Shown in pieces: positions 52,787 to 61,705 of a stretch of 64,000 nt of DNA. Source of the stretch: an uncultured delta proteobacterium (GTDB lineage: Bacteria > Myxococcota > Myxococcia > Myxococcales > Myxococcaceae); NCBI GenBank assembly GCA_963771175.1, contig CAVYSY010000023.1, positions 1 to 64,000 of the forward strand, given 5' to 3'. A program made the translations under genes and the position numbers. Below the pieces are notes generated by a model that searched no databases, had not been told where the DNA came from, and saw nothing but the letters and a program-made list of their open reading frames with translations. How positions within the stretch are numbered: position 1 is the stretch's first letter; each line of letters opens with the position of its first letter.

Positions 52787-54699
52787 TGACGCGAGCCGGC
52801 CTCCTGGTCTTCCAGCTCCTGACAGCCCAGACACCCGTCCCGGATGCAACGCCTCCGGAGGACGCCGCCGTGGAGGCCGCGTCGAGAGCCCAGGCGCCAG
52901 CCGACGCGGAGCGGCTGTACCGGCTGGGGACGGCCTTCCTGAAGCGGGGCCAGCCCCAGAAGGCGGTGGAGCCCCTGACGAAGCTGGTGGAGCGGGCGCC
53001 GGACCTCCTGGCACCGCAGGTGGCGTTGGCGCGGGCGCTACGGCTGACGGGGGACACGGACAAGGCGAGGGCCCTGCTGGACACGGCCATCGAGACCTGG
53101 CCCAAGGAAGAAGGGCTGCGGGCGGAGCGAGGGCTGCTGGCGCGGATGCTGGACGAGCGGGACACGGCCATCGCCCAGTTCTCCCTGGCGGCGGAGCTGT
53201 CGCCGAAGGACGCGGAGCTGCGCTTCAACCTGGGCGAGGCGCTGCAGCACGCGGGGAAGACGGACGAGGCCATCGCCGCCTACCGCGCGGCGTTGAAGCT
53301 GGACGAGACGCTGACGGCGGCGCGGGTGAACCTGGGCAAGGCGCTGGCGGACAAGGGGCGGAGCGGCGAGGCCAAGGAGGTGCTGCAGGAGGCCACGCGC
53401 GTGGCGCCGAAGGACGCGGAGGCGCACTACAACCTGGGCGTGCTGCTGATGCGCGAGGGCCTGCTGGACGGGGCCGTCTCCGAGTACGAGAAGGCCCTGG
53501 CGGCGGTGCCGAGGCACGCCCTGGCGCTCAACAACCTGGGCGTGGCACTGGACGCGCAAGAGAAGCACGCGAAGGCGCTGGAGTGCTTCCGCAAGGCGGT
53601 GGCGGCGGACCCGAAGTACGCGGAGGCGCACTTCAATCTGGGGATGGCGTACTTCCGGAAGGACGACACCATCCGGGCAACGCGGCACTTCGAGAAGGCG
53701 CTGGCGCTGGAGCCGCGAAGGGCGAGCGGCCCGTACACGCAGCTCGGGGCGAGCTACCTGGCGCAGGGCAAGCGGGACCGGGCGGTGGAGGCCTTCAAGA
53801 AGGCGCTGGCGGCGAGCGCGGAGGACGGCAAGCCGAATACCGAGGCCTACCAGGGGCTGGCGCGGGCCTACCTGGGGCTGGGCCAGGTGGACGAGGCGTT
53901 GGCCACGCTGAAGACGGCGGTGGAAGCTTTCCCCAGGGATGCGAGCGCGAAGGCGGCCTACGGAGACGCGCTGCTGGCGAAGGGGGACCTGGACGGAGCC
54001 CTCGCGCAGTACGAGGAGCGGCTGGAGCTGGAGCCGACGACGGACGCGCGGCTGGCGCTGGCGAAGGCGTACGCGCGCAAGCGGGTGAGCGAGAAGGCCG
54101 TGCCCCTGTACGAGGCGGTGCTGGCGGAGGAGCCGGAGCACTCGGCGGCGAGGCTGGCGCTGGCGGACCTGTACCTGGCGATGGGAAACCACGACGGGGC
54201 GGAGAAGCTGCTGAAGCCGAAGGAGGGCGAGGAGGCGGACACGGCGGCGCTGGCGCGGCTGGGCATCCTGCACTCGCGGCGGGGGCGGCCGGACCTGGCG
54301 GTGCCGGAACTGGAGGAAGTGACGAAGAGGGACCCCTCACAACTGGAGGCGCGGGCGGAGCTGGGCTTCCTGTACCTGCGAGGCGGGGACAAGGAAAAGG
54401 CGGTGAAGGTGCTGAGGGAGGTGGTGGCGGTGGAGCCGAGGCACGCGCTCGGGCTGCTGTACCTCGGACACGCGCTGTTCCAGGCCGGGAAGGCGAAGGA
54501 AGCGGAACAGTCCTTCCGGGGCGCGTCTCAGGTGGACCCGTCCTTCGGAGAGCCGCACTACGCGCTGGGCCAGCTCCTGGAAGCGGCGGGCAAGCTGCCG
54601 GAGGCGAAAGCGGAGTATGAGAAGGCGGCGGAGCTACAGAAGAACCACCCGGAGGCGGCGGCGGCGGCGAAGCGCCTGAGCAGCGCGGGTATGCAGTAG
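52783..54699 (+). CDS. Multi-TPR protein
   Basis: Numerous canonical TPRs (AEAHYNLGV, ALNNLGV, AEAHFNLG). Overlaps the upstream stop. Confidence 0.9.
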   Translation: MMTRAGLLVFQLLTAQTPVPDATPPEDAAVEAASRAQAPADAERLYRLGTAFLKRGQPQKAVEPLTKLVERAPDLLAPQVALARALRLTGDTDKARALLDTAIETWPKEEGLRAERGLLARMLDERDTAIAQFSLAAELSPKDAELRFNLGEALQHAGKTDEAIAAYRAALKLDETLTAARVNLGKALADKGRSGEAKEVLQEATRVAPKDAEAHYNLGVLLMREGLLDGAVSEYEKALAAVPRHALALNNLGVALDAQEKHAKALECFRKAVAADPKYAEAHFNLGMAYFRKDDTIRATRHFEKALALEPRRASGPYTQLGASYLAQGKRDRAVEAFKKALAASAEDGKPNTEAYQGLARAYLGLGQVDEALATLKTAVEAFPRDASAKAAYGDALLAKGDLDGALAQYEERLELEPTTDARLALAKAYARKRVSEKAVPLYEAVLAEEPEHSAARLALADLYLAMGNHDGAEKLLKPKEGEEADTAALARLGILHSRRGRPDLAVPELEEVTKRDPSQLEARAELGFLYLRGGDKEKAVKVLREVVAVEPRHALGLLYLGHALFQAGKAKEAEQSFRGASQVDPSFGEPHYALGQLLEAAGKLPEAKAEYEKAAELQKNHPEAAAAAKRLSSAGMQ

Positions 54700-54713
54700 C
54701 CCCCCAGGAGCCC

Positions 54714-55895
54714 ATGCCTCGTCGTCCCCCACCCTCCCCCGCTGAAGGAAAACCGCCACTCGCCACCCTGCCGCCCGAGCTCGCGAGAGGAGACGCGTTC
54801 ACCTGGCACTCGGAGAGTGACGAGCCCAAGCCCACGCGCCTGTCGCCCGTGGATGACCGGCTCAGCGCCGACGCGGCGCTCAAGCGCGTCCGCCGTGGCG
54901 AGTTCCTCCTCTACACCGGCGACTTCCACAACGCGAAGCAGCTCCTCGGTGCCCTGAGCCGGCGGCTCTCCCGTCCGGTGGGCGCCCGCTCGCCGCTGGA
55001 GGCGTTCCGGGCCGAGCGTCGGGCGCGGCAGCTCGAGCACGAGACCCTGTCGCGCATCGTGGTGGCGCTCGACCGCTCCTACCAGCTCGGCCTCTCGCGG
55101 GCACCGGACGTGTCGCTGGCCTGCCGCCAGGTGTGGGGAGAGCCCGAATCCGACGTCACCGTCGTCCCCCTCAAGCAGTTGCTCGGCATGCTCGGGGCCG
55201 CGGAGTGGCGACGCAAGGGCCTCGCCGTCCCCGGCCTCACGGGCCTGCTCCATCCGTACTACGGCGTCTACCTGCCAACCCGCACCGATTACGTGGAGCT
55301 GCTGCTCTCCGTCCCTGACGTGAAGGGCAAGCGCGTGTTCGACGTGGGCACCGGGACCGGTGTGCTCTCGTTCATCCTGCTGCAGCGCGGAGCGGCATCC
55401 GTGGTGGCCACCGACTGCGACAGCCGGGCGGTAGCGTGTGCGCGAGAGAACGCGGAGCGGCTCGGTCTCGCGAAGCGCTTCCAGGTGCTGGAGGCCGACC
55501 TGTTCCCGGAGGGGAAGGCGGACCTGGTGGTCTGCAACCCTCCATGGATTCCCGAGCCCCCCAAGAATCGGGTGGACCGCGCGGTGTTCGACGAGGGCAA
55601 CCAGTTCCTGCGGCGCTTCCTCGAAGGGCTCCCCACCCACCTCACGCCCGGAGGCGAGGGGCTGCTGCTCATCTCGGATCTCGCGGTGCTGCTGGGCCTG
55701 CGCCCACCCGGGTGGCTCGAGGAGCAGTTCGCGCGCTGTGGCCTGACGGTGAAGTGGAAGCGGTCGACCCCGGCGCGCCACTCCAAGGCGAAGGACCAGT
55801 CGGATCCATTGCACGCGGCGCGCTCGCGCGAGGTCACCACCCTCTACTGCCTCACGTCCGAGGCAACCCCAGCATCACAGCCCCGAGCAGGATGA
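54714..55895 (+). CDS. Class I SAM-dependent methyltransferase (MTS/HemK-like)
   Basis: VFDVGTGTGVLS and DLVVCNPPW. Confidence 0.9.
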   Translation: MPRRPPPSPAEGKPPLATLPPELARGDAFTWHSESDEPKPTRLSPVDDRLSADAALKRVRRGEFLLYTGDFHNAKQLLGALSRRLSRPVGARSPLEAFRAERRARQLEHETLSRIVVALDRSYQLGLSRAPDVSLACRQVWGEPESDVTVVPLKQLLGMLGAAEWRRKGLAVPGLTGLLHPYYGVYLPTRTDYVELLLSVPDVKGKRVFDVGTGTGVLSFILLQRGAASVVATDCDSRAVACARENAERLGLAKRFQVLEADLFPEGKADLVVCNPPWIPEPPKNRVDRAVFDEGNQFLRRFLEGLPTHLTPGGEGLLLISDLAVLLGLRPPGWLEEQFARCGLTVKWKRSTPARHSKAKDQSDPLHAARSREVTTLYCLTSEATPASQPRAG

Positions 55896-56018
55896 GCGCG
55901 AGCAATGGCAGCGCTACGCCGAGCGGCAGGGTGAACAGCGCGGGAGGCTGAGCCCCGGCGCCCAGGGCGCGCTTGTAGCTGAGTAGCTGACATTGAACCC
56001 GGCGATGCTCGCTCGCCC

Positions 56019-56047
56019 AAAAACATGTATTCCAAATGCACGTTTTT
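56019..56047. promoter_or_regulatory. Putative NsrR (Rrf2-family) operator upstream of the NO reductase
   Basis: AT-rich imperfect palindrome AAAAACATGTATT-CCA-AATGCACGTTTTT, close to the NsrR consensus AAGATGYATTTNAAATRCATCTT. Confidence 0.6.
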
Positions 56048-56175
56048 CACAACCCCGGCCCGAGGGCGCATCCTTTGCGCGCACGTGCGAGCGGACCCGA
56101 GGGGACTCGGCGTGGAATGGGGCTTGCTCTGGGAGGCCCCAATTCCACGACACCACCTCCGTAGGAGCTCCCGTC

Positions 56176-58476
56176 ATGAAACACCGCAAGCTCTGGATAG
56201 GCCTGGGCGCCGTCGTCCTCCTCTCCTTCCTCGTCCTGGGCGGACAGGGAGTCCGCATCTCACGCACGCTCCCGCCCATCCCCGAGAAGGTGGTGACGTC
56301 CGAGGGCACGGTGCTGCTCACGGGCGAGTCCATCATGCGCGGGCAGAACGTGTGGCAGTCCATCGGCGGGCAGCAGGTGGGCTCGGTGTGGGGCCACGGG
56401 GCATACGTGGCGCCGGACTGGAGCGCGGACTGGCTGCACCGCGAGAGCGTGTTCGTGCTGGACACGTGGGCGCGAGCGGAGGGCCTCTCCTCCCATGCCG
56501 AGGCTCCGGCCGAACGGCAGGCGGCCCTTCGCACGCGGCTCGCCACGATGATGCGCACCAACACGTATGACGCGAATACGGGCACGGTGACGCTGGCCCC
56601 GGTGCGTGCCGAGGCGATGCAGGTCAACGCCGCCCATTACGCGGACGTCTTCGCCAAGGGTCGCTCCGCCTACGCCATTCCCGAGGGCGCGCTGACGGAC
56701 CCGGAGAAGCTGAAGGACCTCGCGAACTTCTTCTGGTGGACGAGCTGGGTGGCCTCGACGAACCGGCCCGGGGACACGATCTCCTACACGCAGAACTGGC
56801 CGCATGAGCCGCTGGTGGCCAACCAGCCCGCGTCGGGCGTGATGATGTGGAGCCTGGCCTCGGTGGTGCTGCTGCTCGCGGGCATTGGCGGGCTCGTCTG
56901 GTACCTGAGCGGCAAGAAGGAGGACGAGGAGGAGAAGCACCCCGAGACGGACCCCTTCGCGAGCCTCCAGCTCACCCCGAGCCAGCGGGCCACGGGCAAG
57001 TACTTCCTGGTGGTGGTGGCGCTCTTCCTGGCGCAGGTGGGGCTGGGCGGCGTGACGGCGCACTTCGGCGTGGAGGGCGCGGGCTTCTATGGCATCCCAC
57101 TGGCGAAGTACCTGCCGTACGCGGTGACGCGGAGCTGGCACACGCAGCTCGGCATCTTCTGGATTGCCACGGCGTGGCTGGCCACGGGCCTCTTCGTGGG
57201 CCCGGCGGTGAGCGGGGTGGAGCCGAAGTACCAGCGGGCCGGGGTGAACTTCCTCTTCGTGTGCCTGCTCATCATCGTGGTGGGCGCGCTCTTCGGACAA
57301 TGGGCGTCGGTGCAGCAGCGCATGGGTAGCGGGGACTACTGGTACTGGTTCGGCCACCAGGGCTGGGAGTACGTGGACCTGGGCCGCTTCTGGCAGATCT
57401 TCCTGTTCGTGGGCCTCTTCGTGTGGCTGTTCCTGACGGCGCGGGCGGTGTGGCCGGCGCTGAAGAAGCCGGGCGAGGGCCGGCCGCTGCTGGTGCTCTT
57501 CGTCATCTCCTCGATGGCCATCGCTTCCTTCTACGGGGCGGGGCTGATGTACGGGCAGCGCAGCCACATGGGCATGGTGGAGTACTGGCGCTGGTGGGTG
57601 GTGCACCTGTGGGTGGAGGGCTTCTTCGAGGTGTTCGCCACGGTGGTGATGGCCTTCCTCTTCACGAAGCTGGGGGTGCTGTCGGCGCGCACGGCGGTGC
57701 CAGCGGTGCTCTTCTCCACCCTGCTCTTCCTGGGCAGCGGCATCATCGGCACGTTCCACCACCTGTACTTCTCGGGCACGCCGGCGGCGGCGATGGCGCT
57801 GGGCGCGACGTTCAGCGCGCTGGAGGTGGTGCCGCTGGTGCTGGTGGGCCGGGAGGTGTGGAGCCACATCCGCCTGTCGCGGCTCCAGGGGTGGATGGAG
57901 CAATACCGCTGGCCCATCCTCTTCTTCATCTCGGTGGCCTTCTGGAACCTGGTGGGCGCGGGCCTGTTCGGCTTCCTCATCAACCCGCCCATTGCCCTCT
58001 ACTACATGCAGGGCCTGAACCTGACGCCGCTGCATGGCCACACGGCGCTCTTCGGGGTGTACGGGATGCTGGGCATCGCGCTGATGCTCTTCTCCTTCCG
58101 GATGATGCAGCCGGAGGCGCGGTGGAAGACGCGTCCGCTGGCGTGGGCGTACTGGAGCATCAACGCGGGCCTGCTGCTGATGTCGGTGCTGTCGCTGCTG
58201 CCCATCGGGGTGCTGCAGACAAAGGCGGCCATAGAGCAGGGCACGTGGTGGGCGCGCAGCGCGGAGTTCCTCCAGACGCCGCTGATGGACACGCTGCGCT
58301 GGCTGCGGGTCCCTGGTGACGTGCTCTTCGCGGTGGGCGCGGTGCTGCTGGCCTGGTTCATCGTGGGCCTGAAGACGGGCTGGTCGCTGGAGCCCGCCAA
58401 CGAGCCCCAGACCCAGCCTGGGCCCGAGCGGCTCGGAGCGGGGACCCCGGCCCACGCCATGCTGCGCCGCCGCTGA
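56176..58476 (+). CDS. norB: Quinol-dependent nitric oxide reductase (qNor)
   Basis: GSVWGHGAYVAPDWSADWLHRE, WWVVHLWVEGFFEVF, GTFHHLYF and HGHTALFGVYG. AGGAG RBS upstream. Confidence 0.95.
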   Translation: MKHRKLWIGLGAVVLLSFLVLGGQGVRISRTLPPIPEKVVTSEGTVLLTGESIMRGQNVWQSIGGQQVGSVWGHGAYVAPDWSADWLHRESVFVLDTWARAEGLSSHAEAPAERQAALRTRLATMMRTNTYDANTGTVTLAPVRAEAMQVNAAHYADVFAKGRSAYAIPEGALTDPEKLKDLANFFWWTSWVASTNRPGDTISYTQNWPHEPLVANQPASGVMMWSLASVVLLLAGIGGLVWYLSGKKEDEEEKHPETDPFASLQLTPSQRATGKYFLVVVALFLAQVGLGGVTAHFGVEGAGFYGIPLAKYLPYAVTRSWHTQLGIFWIATAWLATGLFVGPAVSGVEPKYQRAGVNFLFVCLLIIVVGALFGQWASVQQRMGSGDYWYWFGHQGWEYVDLGRFWQIFLFVGLFVWLFLTARAVWPALKKPGEGRPLLVLFVISSMAIASFYGAGLMYGQRSHMGMVEYWRWWVVHLWVEGFFEVFATVVMAFLFTKLGVLSARTAVPAVLFSTLLFLGSGIIGTFHHLYFSGTPAAAMALGATFSALEVVPLVLVGREVWSHIRLSRLQGWMEQYRWPILFFISVAFWNLVGAGLFGFLINPPIALYYMQGLNLTPLHGHTALFGVYGMLGIALMLFSFRMMQPEARWKTRPLAWAYWSINAGLLLMSVLSLLPIGVLQTKAAIEQGTWWARSAEFLQTPLMDTLRWLRVPGDVLFAVGAVLLAWFIVGLKTGWSLEPANEPQTQPGPERLGAGTPAHAMLRRR

Positions 58477-58582
58477 GCCCACGACCCAGACATGCCGCTG
58501 GCTCTCTGACACTCCTCCGCATCCCGCTGTAGCCGGCGCCGTGCGCTCCCCGTAGGCTCCGGGGCCACCAGAGGGGAGCCCG

Positions 58583-59095
58583 ATGTTCCAGGTCGACGGA
58601 AGTACCGTGGTGCGGCTCGGAGCGGAGCACGTGCCGGCCCTGCGCGAGCTGCTCGAGCGCTGCCACGTCTTCATGACGCTGGTCTTCGGGGCCCTGGAGC
58701 CCGATGCCGCGGAGCTGCTCCTGGAGGGCCTGCCTCCGGGCAAGGCACCCGAGGACAAGTTCCTCCTCGGGCTGTACGCGGATGGGACGAAGGAGCTGCT
58801 CGGCGTGCTCGATGCCGTCCGCGGCTTTCCCGAGGACGACGAGTGGATCATCGGTCTGCTGCTGCTCGACCCGGACCGCCGCCGGGCCGGGCTCGGGGCC
58901 CGCTTCCTCGCCGCCTTCGAGCAGTGGGTGCGCGGCCAGGGCGCGGCCGGAATCCGGCTCGTCGTACAGGAGCAGAATCCGGACGCGCTCCGCTTCTGGA
59001 TGCGGGAGGGCTACGCCGTCACCGGCCTGACGCACCAGAAGACGCCCCGGCGGGAGAACATCATCCAACTGCTGCACAAGCCGCTCGCCCCCTGA
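58583..59095 (+). CDS. GNAT family N-acetyltransferase
   Basis: IGLLLLDPDRRRAGLG and N..ALRFW.REGY. Confidence 0.88.
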   Translation: MFQVDGSTVVRLGAEHVPALRELLERCHVFMTLVFGALEPDAAELLLEGLPPGKAPEDKFLLGLYADGTKELLGVLDAVRGFPEDDEWIIGLLLLDPDRRRAGLGARFLAAFEQWVRGQGAAGIRLVVQEQNPDALRFWMREGYAVTGLTHQKTPRRENIIQLLHKPLAP

Positions 59096-59241
59096 TCAAC
59101 GCACTGCACGCAGCGTCAGGGTAGACAGCAGAGATGCGGCACGGCCCCCCGGAAGCCCCATGCAGCGGACTGAGGGCGGAGCGTTTAGAGATACGCGGAT
59201 TCCAAGTCAATACGTGAACCCCCTCAGCCGCGGTGCGAAAG

Positions 59242-59970
59242 TTATCCCCGAGGGTGCCTCGACGACGCGACCTCCAGGTCCGCGGAGGCTTCGTTGTCTA
59301 GAGGGTTCTCCTCGATGAATTCCGATTCAGCCCTGACCGTGAACGAGAGGGTCCCCGTCGCCGTGGGCTTCAACCGCAGGATGGCGGTCTTCGCGGCGCC
59401 CGGCGCGATGTCGTCGACCATGCAGGTGACGTGGTAGTCATCCGCCTCGAGCGCGCAGGTCCACGGAGTACCGGACCCGTTGCCCACGAACCGCACATCC
59501 TCGGGGAGCTCCACTTGCGCGGTCACGGGACCGGAGGCAGTGGCACCGGTGTTCTTGGCGGTGACCCGGAGCTCGACCGTCCGGTTGACCCGGCTCGGGT
59601 TGGAGGAGAACGCGAGGGATGTCGAGAGCTCCACCGACACCGGGGCGAACTCGCATGCGTCCCCGAAACCGTCCCCGTCCGCATCGGACTGCTCCGGGTT
59701 GGCCGTCTCGATGCAGTTGTCCGCGCCGTCCTTGATGCCATCCCCGTCGTAGTCCAGCTGCATAGGGAGCTGCGCGGCGACGTCATGGGACAACTCGGGG
59801 ATGTTCCTGATGGTGGGACCCCTGCCCTCCTGCAAGCCCCCCCCGCCATCCGACACGAGCAGGGGCGGTGCGGAGAACGCAGCGGCCGGGGTGGAGCCAC
59901 TGAGCTCCAGCCCCGGAACCAGCGCCAGCAGGAGGAGGCGCCAGCGCACGACCGCGTGTGACGTCTTCAT
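59242..59970 (-). CDS. Secreted TSP3-repeat + DUF11 domain protein
   Basis: DYDGDGIKDGADNCIETANPEQSDADGDGFGDACE, then V.N.G...ELP....F...NPLDNEAS. Confidence 0.8.
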   Translation of the reverse strand: MKTSHAVVRWRLLLLALVPGLELSGSTPAAAFSAPPLLVSDGGGGLQEGRGPTIRNIPELSHDVAAQLPMQLDYDGDGIKDGADNCIETANPEQSDADGDGFGDACEFAPVSVELSTSLAFSSNPSRVNRTVELRVTAKNTGATASGPVTAQVELPEDVRFVGNGSGTPWTCALEADDYHVTCMVDDIAPGAAKTAILRLKPTATGTLSFTVRAESEFIEENPLDNEASADLEVASSRHPRG

Positions 59971-60049
59971 GGTGTCACCGAGACCAACCCACTTGACTTC
60001 GTAAGGCCGTGCCCCGGAAGGCCGGGCATCAACCCGCCCTCCGCGGCGC

Positions 60050-60691
60050 TCAACTGTCCCGGGGCGTGCCGCAGTCGGCGCAGAAGCGGGCCTTGGGCGC
60101 CAGCTCCGTGCCGCACTGGGTGCAGTGCGCCTTGGCGGCGGCCATGGGCTTGCCGCACTCGGAGCAGAACTTGCCCCCAGTGCTGCGCGCGTTGCAGTGA
60201 GGGCACGTGGACACCGAGCGCTGGGCCTTCATGTCCAGCGACTCCACCTGGTCCACATTGCGCGCCTTGTCCCAGGCCTGCTCCACGGCCACCTTGGACT
60301 GGATGTGCGCGGCCTCCTCCTGCATGTCCGGGGCACAGTCCTCGCACAGGCCGCGCGCCTCGTTCCAGCACGCCTCCGGGCACACCCAGTGGCCACAGCG
60401 CGTGCAGTGCTTGAAGTGACCCTTGGCCTCGCCCACCGCCTCGGCGAAGGCATCGTCCCACGCGCCCCCGCGCAGCGCGTCCTTCACGTGCTCACCCGCG
60501 TACGCCGCACGCGACAGCGCCCCTCCGAAGAACGAGCCCGCCGCCTTCAGGAAGCCCGCGGCCATGCCGAGCTTGCTGGCGATGAACGGGGACATGTGCC
60601 CGTTGCCGCACTTGTCGCACTGGAACTCGAACTGGAAGCCACTGTCGTTGGAACGGTCAGTGTAATTCCGGGTGAACTGGATCATCGCCAT
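60050..60691 (-). CDS. Double zinc-ribbon domain protein
   Basis: Many CxxC pairs (CDKC, CTRC, CPEAC, CEDC, CPHC, CSEC, CTQC, CADC). Confidence 0.85.
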   Translation of the reverse strand: MAMIQFTRNYTDRSNDSGFQFEFQCDKCGNGHMSPFIASKLGMAAGFLKAAGSFFGGALSRAAYAGEHVKDALRGGAWDDAFAEAVGEAKGHFKHCTRCGHWVCPEACWNEARGLCEDCAPDMQEEAAHIQSKVAVEQAWDKARNVDQVESLDMKAQRSVSTCPHCNARSTGGKFCSECGKPMAAAKAHCTQCGTELAPKARFCADCGTPRDS

Positions 60692-60848
60692 GATGTGAAA
60701 AACTCCCCTCTGCGCAACGAAGTGCACCCAGAGTAACACGGGCGTCCGCGTGCCTTCAGCGCCCACCCCGAACCATGGGGGACTTGCCCCAGGAGGCCCG
60801 CCGGGGATAGCACCGTGCCCAGACATTTCCTTTCAGAGGGGGAAGTTC

Positions 60849-61676
60849 ATGAGCACGACGAAGAAGGTTCTGGTGGGAGTGGGTATTGGCTGCGGCTCCC
60901 TGGTGCTGCTGGGTCTCATCGCCATGGGCGTGGGGGCCTGGTGGGTCAAGGGCAAGGTCAGCGGCATCGTGGAATCGGGTCAGAAGATGCAGGCGGTCGG
61001 GCAGGATCTGGCGGCGCTCGACAAGAGCTACCCCTTCACGCCTCCGCCCGAGGGCGAGGTGCTCACCATTGCCGAGGCGCGCCTGCTCGACTACCTCGCC
61101 GTGCGTGAGACGGCCCTGCCGGTGTACGCCGAGTTCGAGAAGAAGGCCGAGTCCTTCAAGATGGAGCACCCGGACGACCAGAAGCCGGACCTGAGCGCCG
61201 CGATGCAGGCCACCACCATGATGACCGAGCTCCTCACCCAGGTGCACGGCGCCTACGTCGAGGGCCTGAAGAAGCACAGCATGTCGCCGAGCGAGTTCCG
61301 CACCATCACCCAGACGCTCTACTCCTCGATGATCACGGGCGTGACGGACCAGGCGCAGAAGATGGGCGAGCAGGCCCGGGAGCAGGCGCTCCAGGCGGTG
61401 CGCAAGCAGCTCGAGGACGAGTCGCTCCCCGAGGAGCAGCGCACCTCGCTGGAGGAGCAGGAGCGGGAGCTGCTGGCCGCCAATGACGAGGCGGGCGACG
61501 CCGCCCCCGCGCTGTCGGAGGCCTCCAAGGCCGCGGCCGCCGCCAACCTGGCGCTGATGGACAAGTACAAGGACCGCATCAACAACGCGGGCAGCCTCGC
61601 GATGGACGCCATCCTCTTCGGCAGCGAGGGCGCGGACCTGTCGGGCATGGACGACGTCGCGAAGGAGCAGGAGTAG
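60849..61676 (+). CDS. Membrane-anchored hypothetical protein
   Basis: N-terminal TM (KKVLVGVGIGCG...) and a helical body. Confidence 0.8.
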   Translation: MSTTKKVLVGVGIGCGSLVLLGLIAMGVGAWWVKGKVSGIVESGQKMQAVGQDLAALDKSYPFTPPPEGEVLTIAEARLLDYLAVRETALPVYAEFEKKAESFKMEHPDDQKPDLSAAMQATTMMTELLTQVHGAYVEGLKKHSMSPSEFRTITQTLYSSMITGVTDQAQKMGEQAREQALQAVRKQLEDESLPEEQRTSLEEQERELLAANDEAGDAAPALSEASKAAAAANLALMDKYKDRINNAGSLAMDAILFGSEGADLSGMDDVAKEQE

Positions 61677-61705
61677 TCCCTCCCCCCTGCTCCACGGGCG
61701 GGGAG

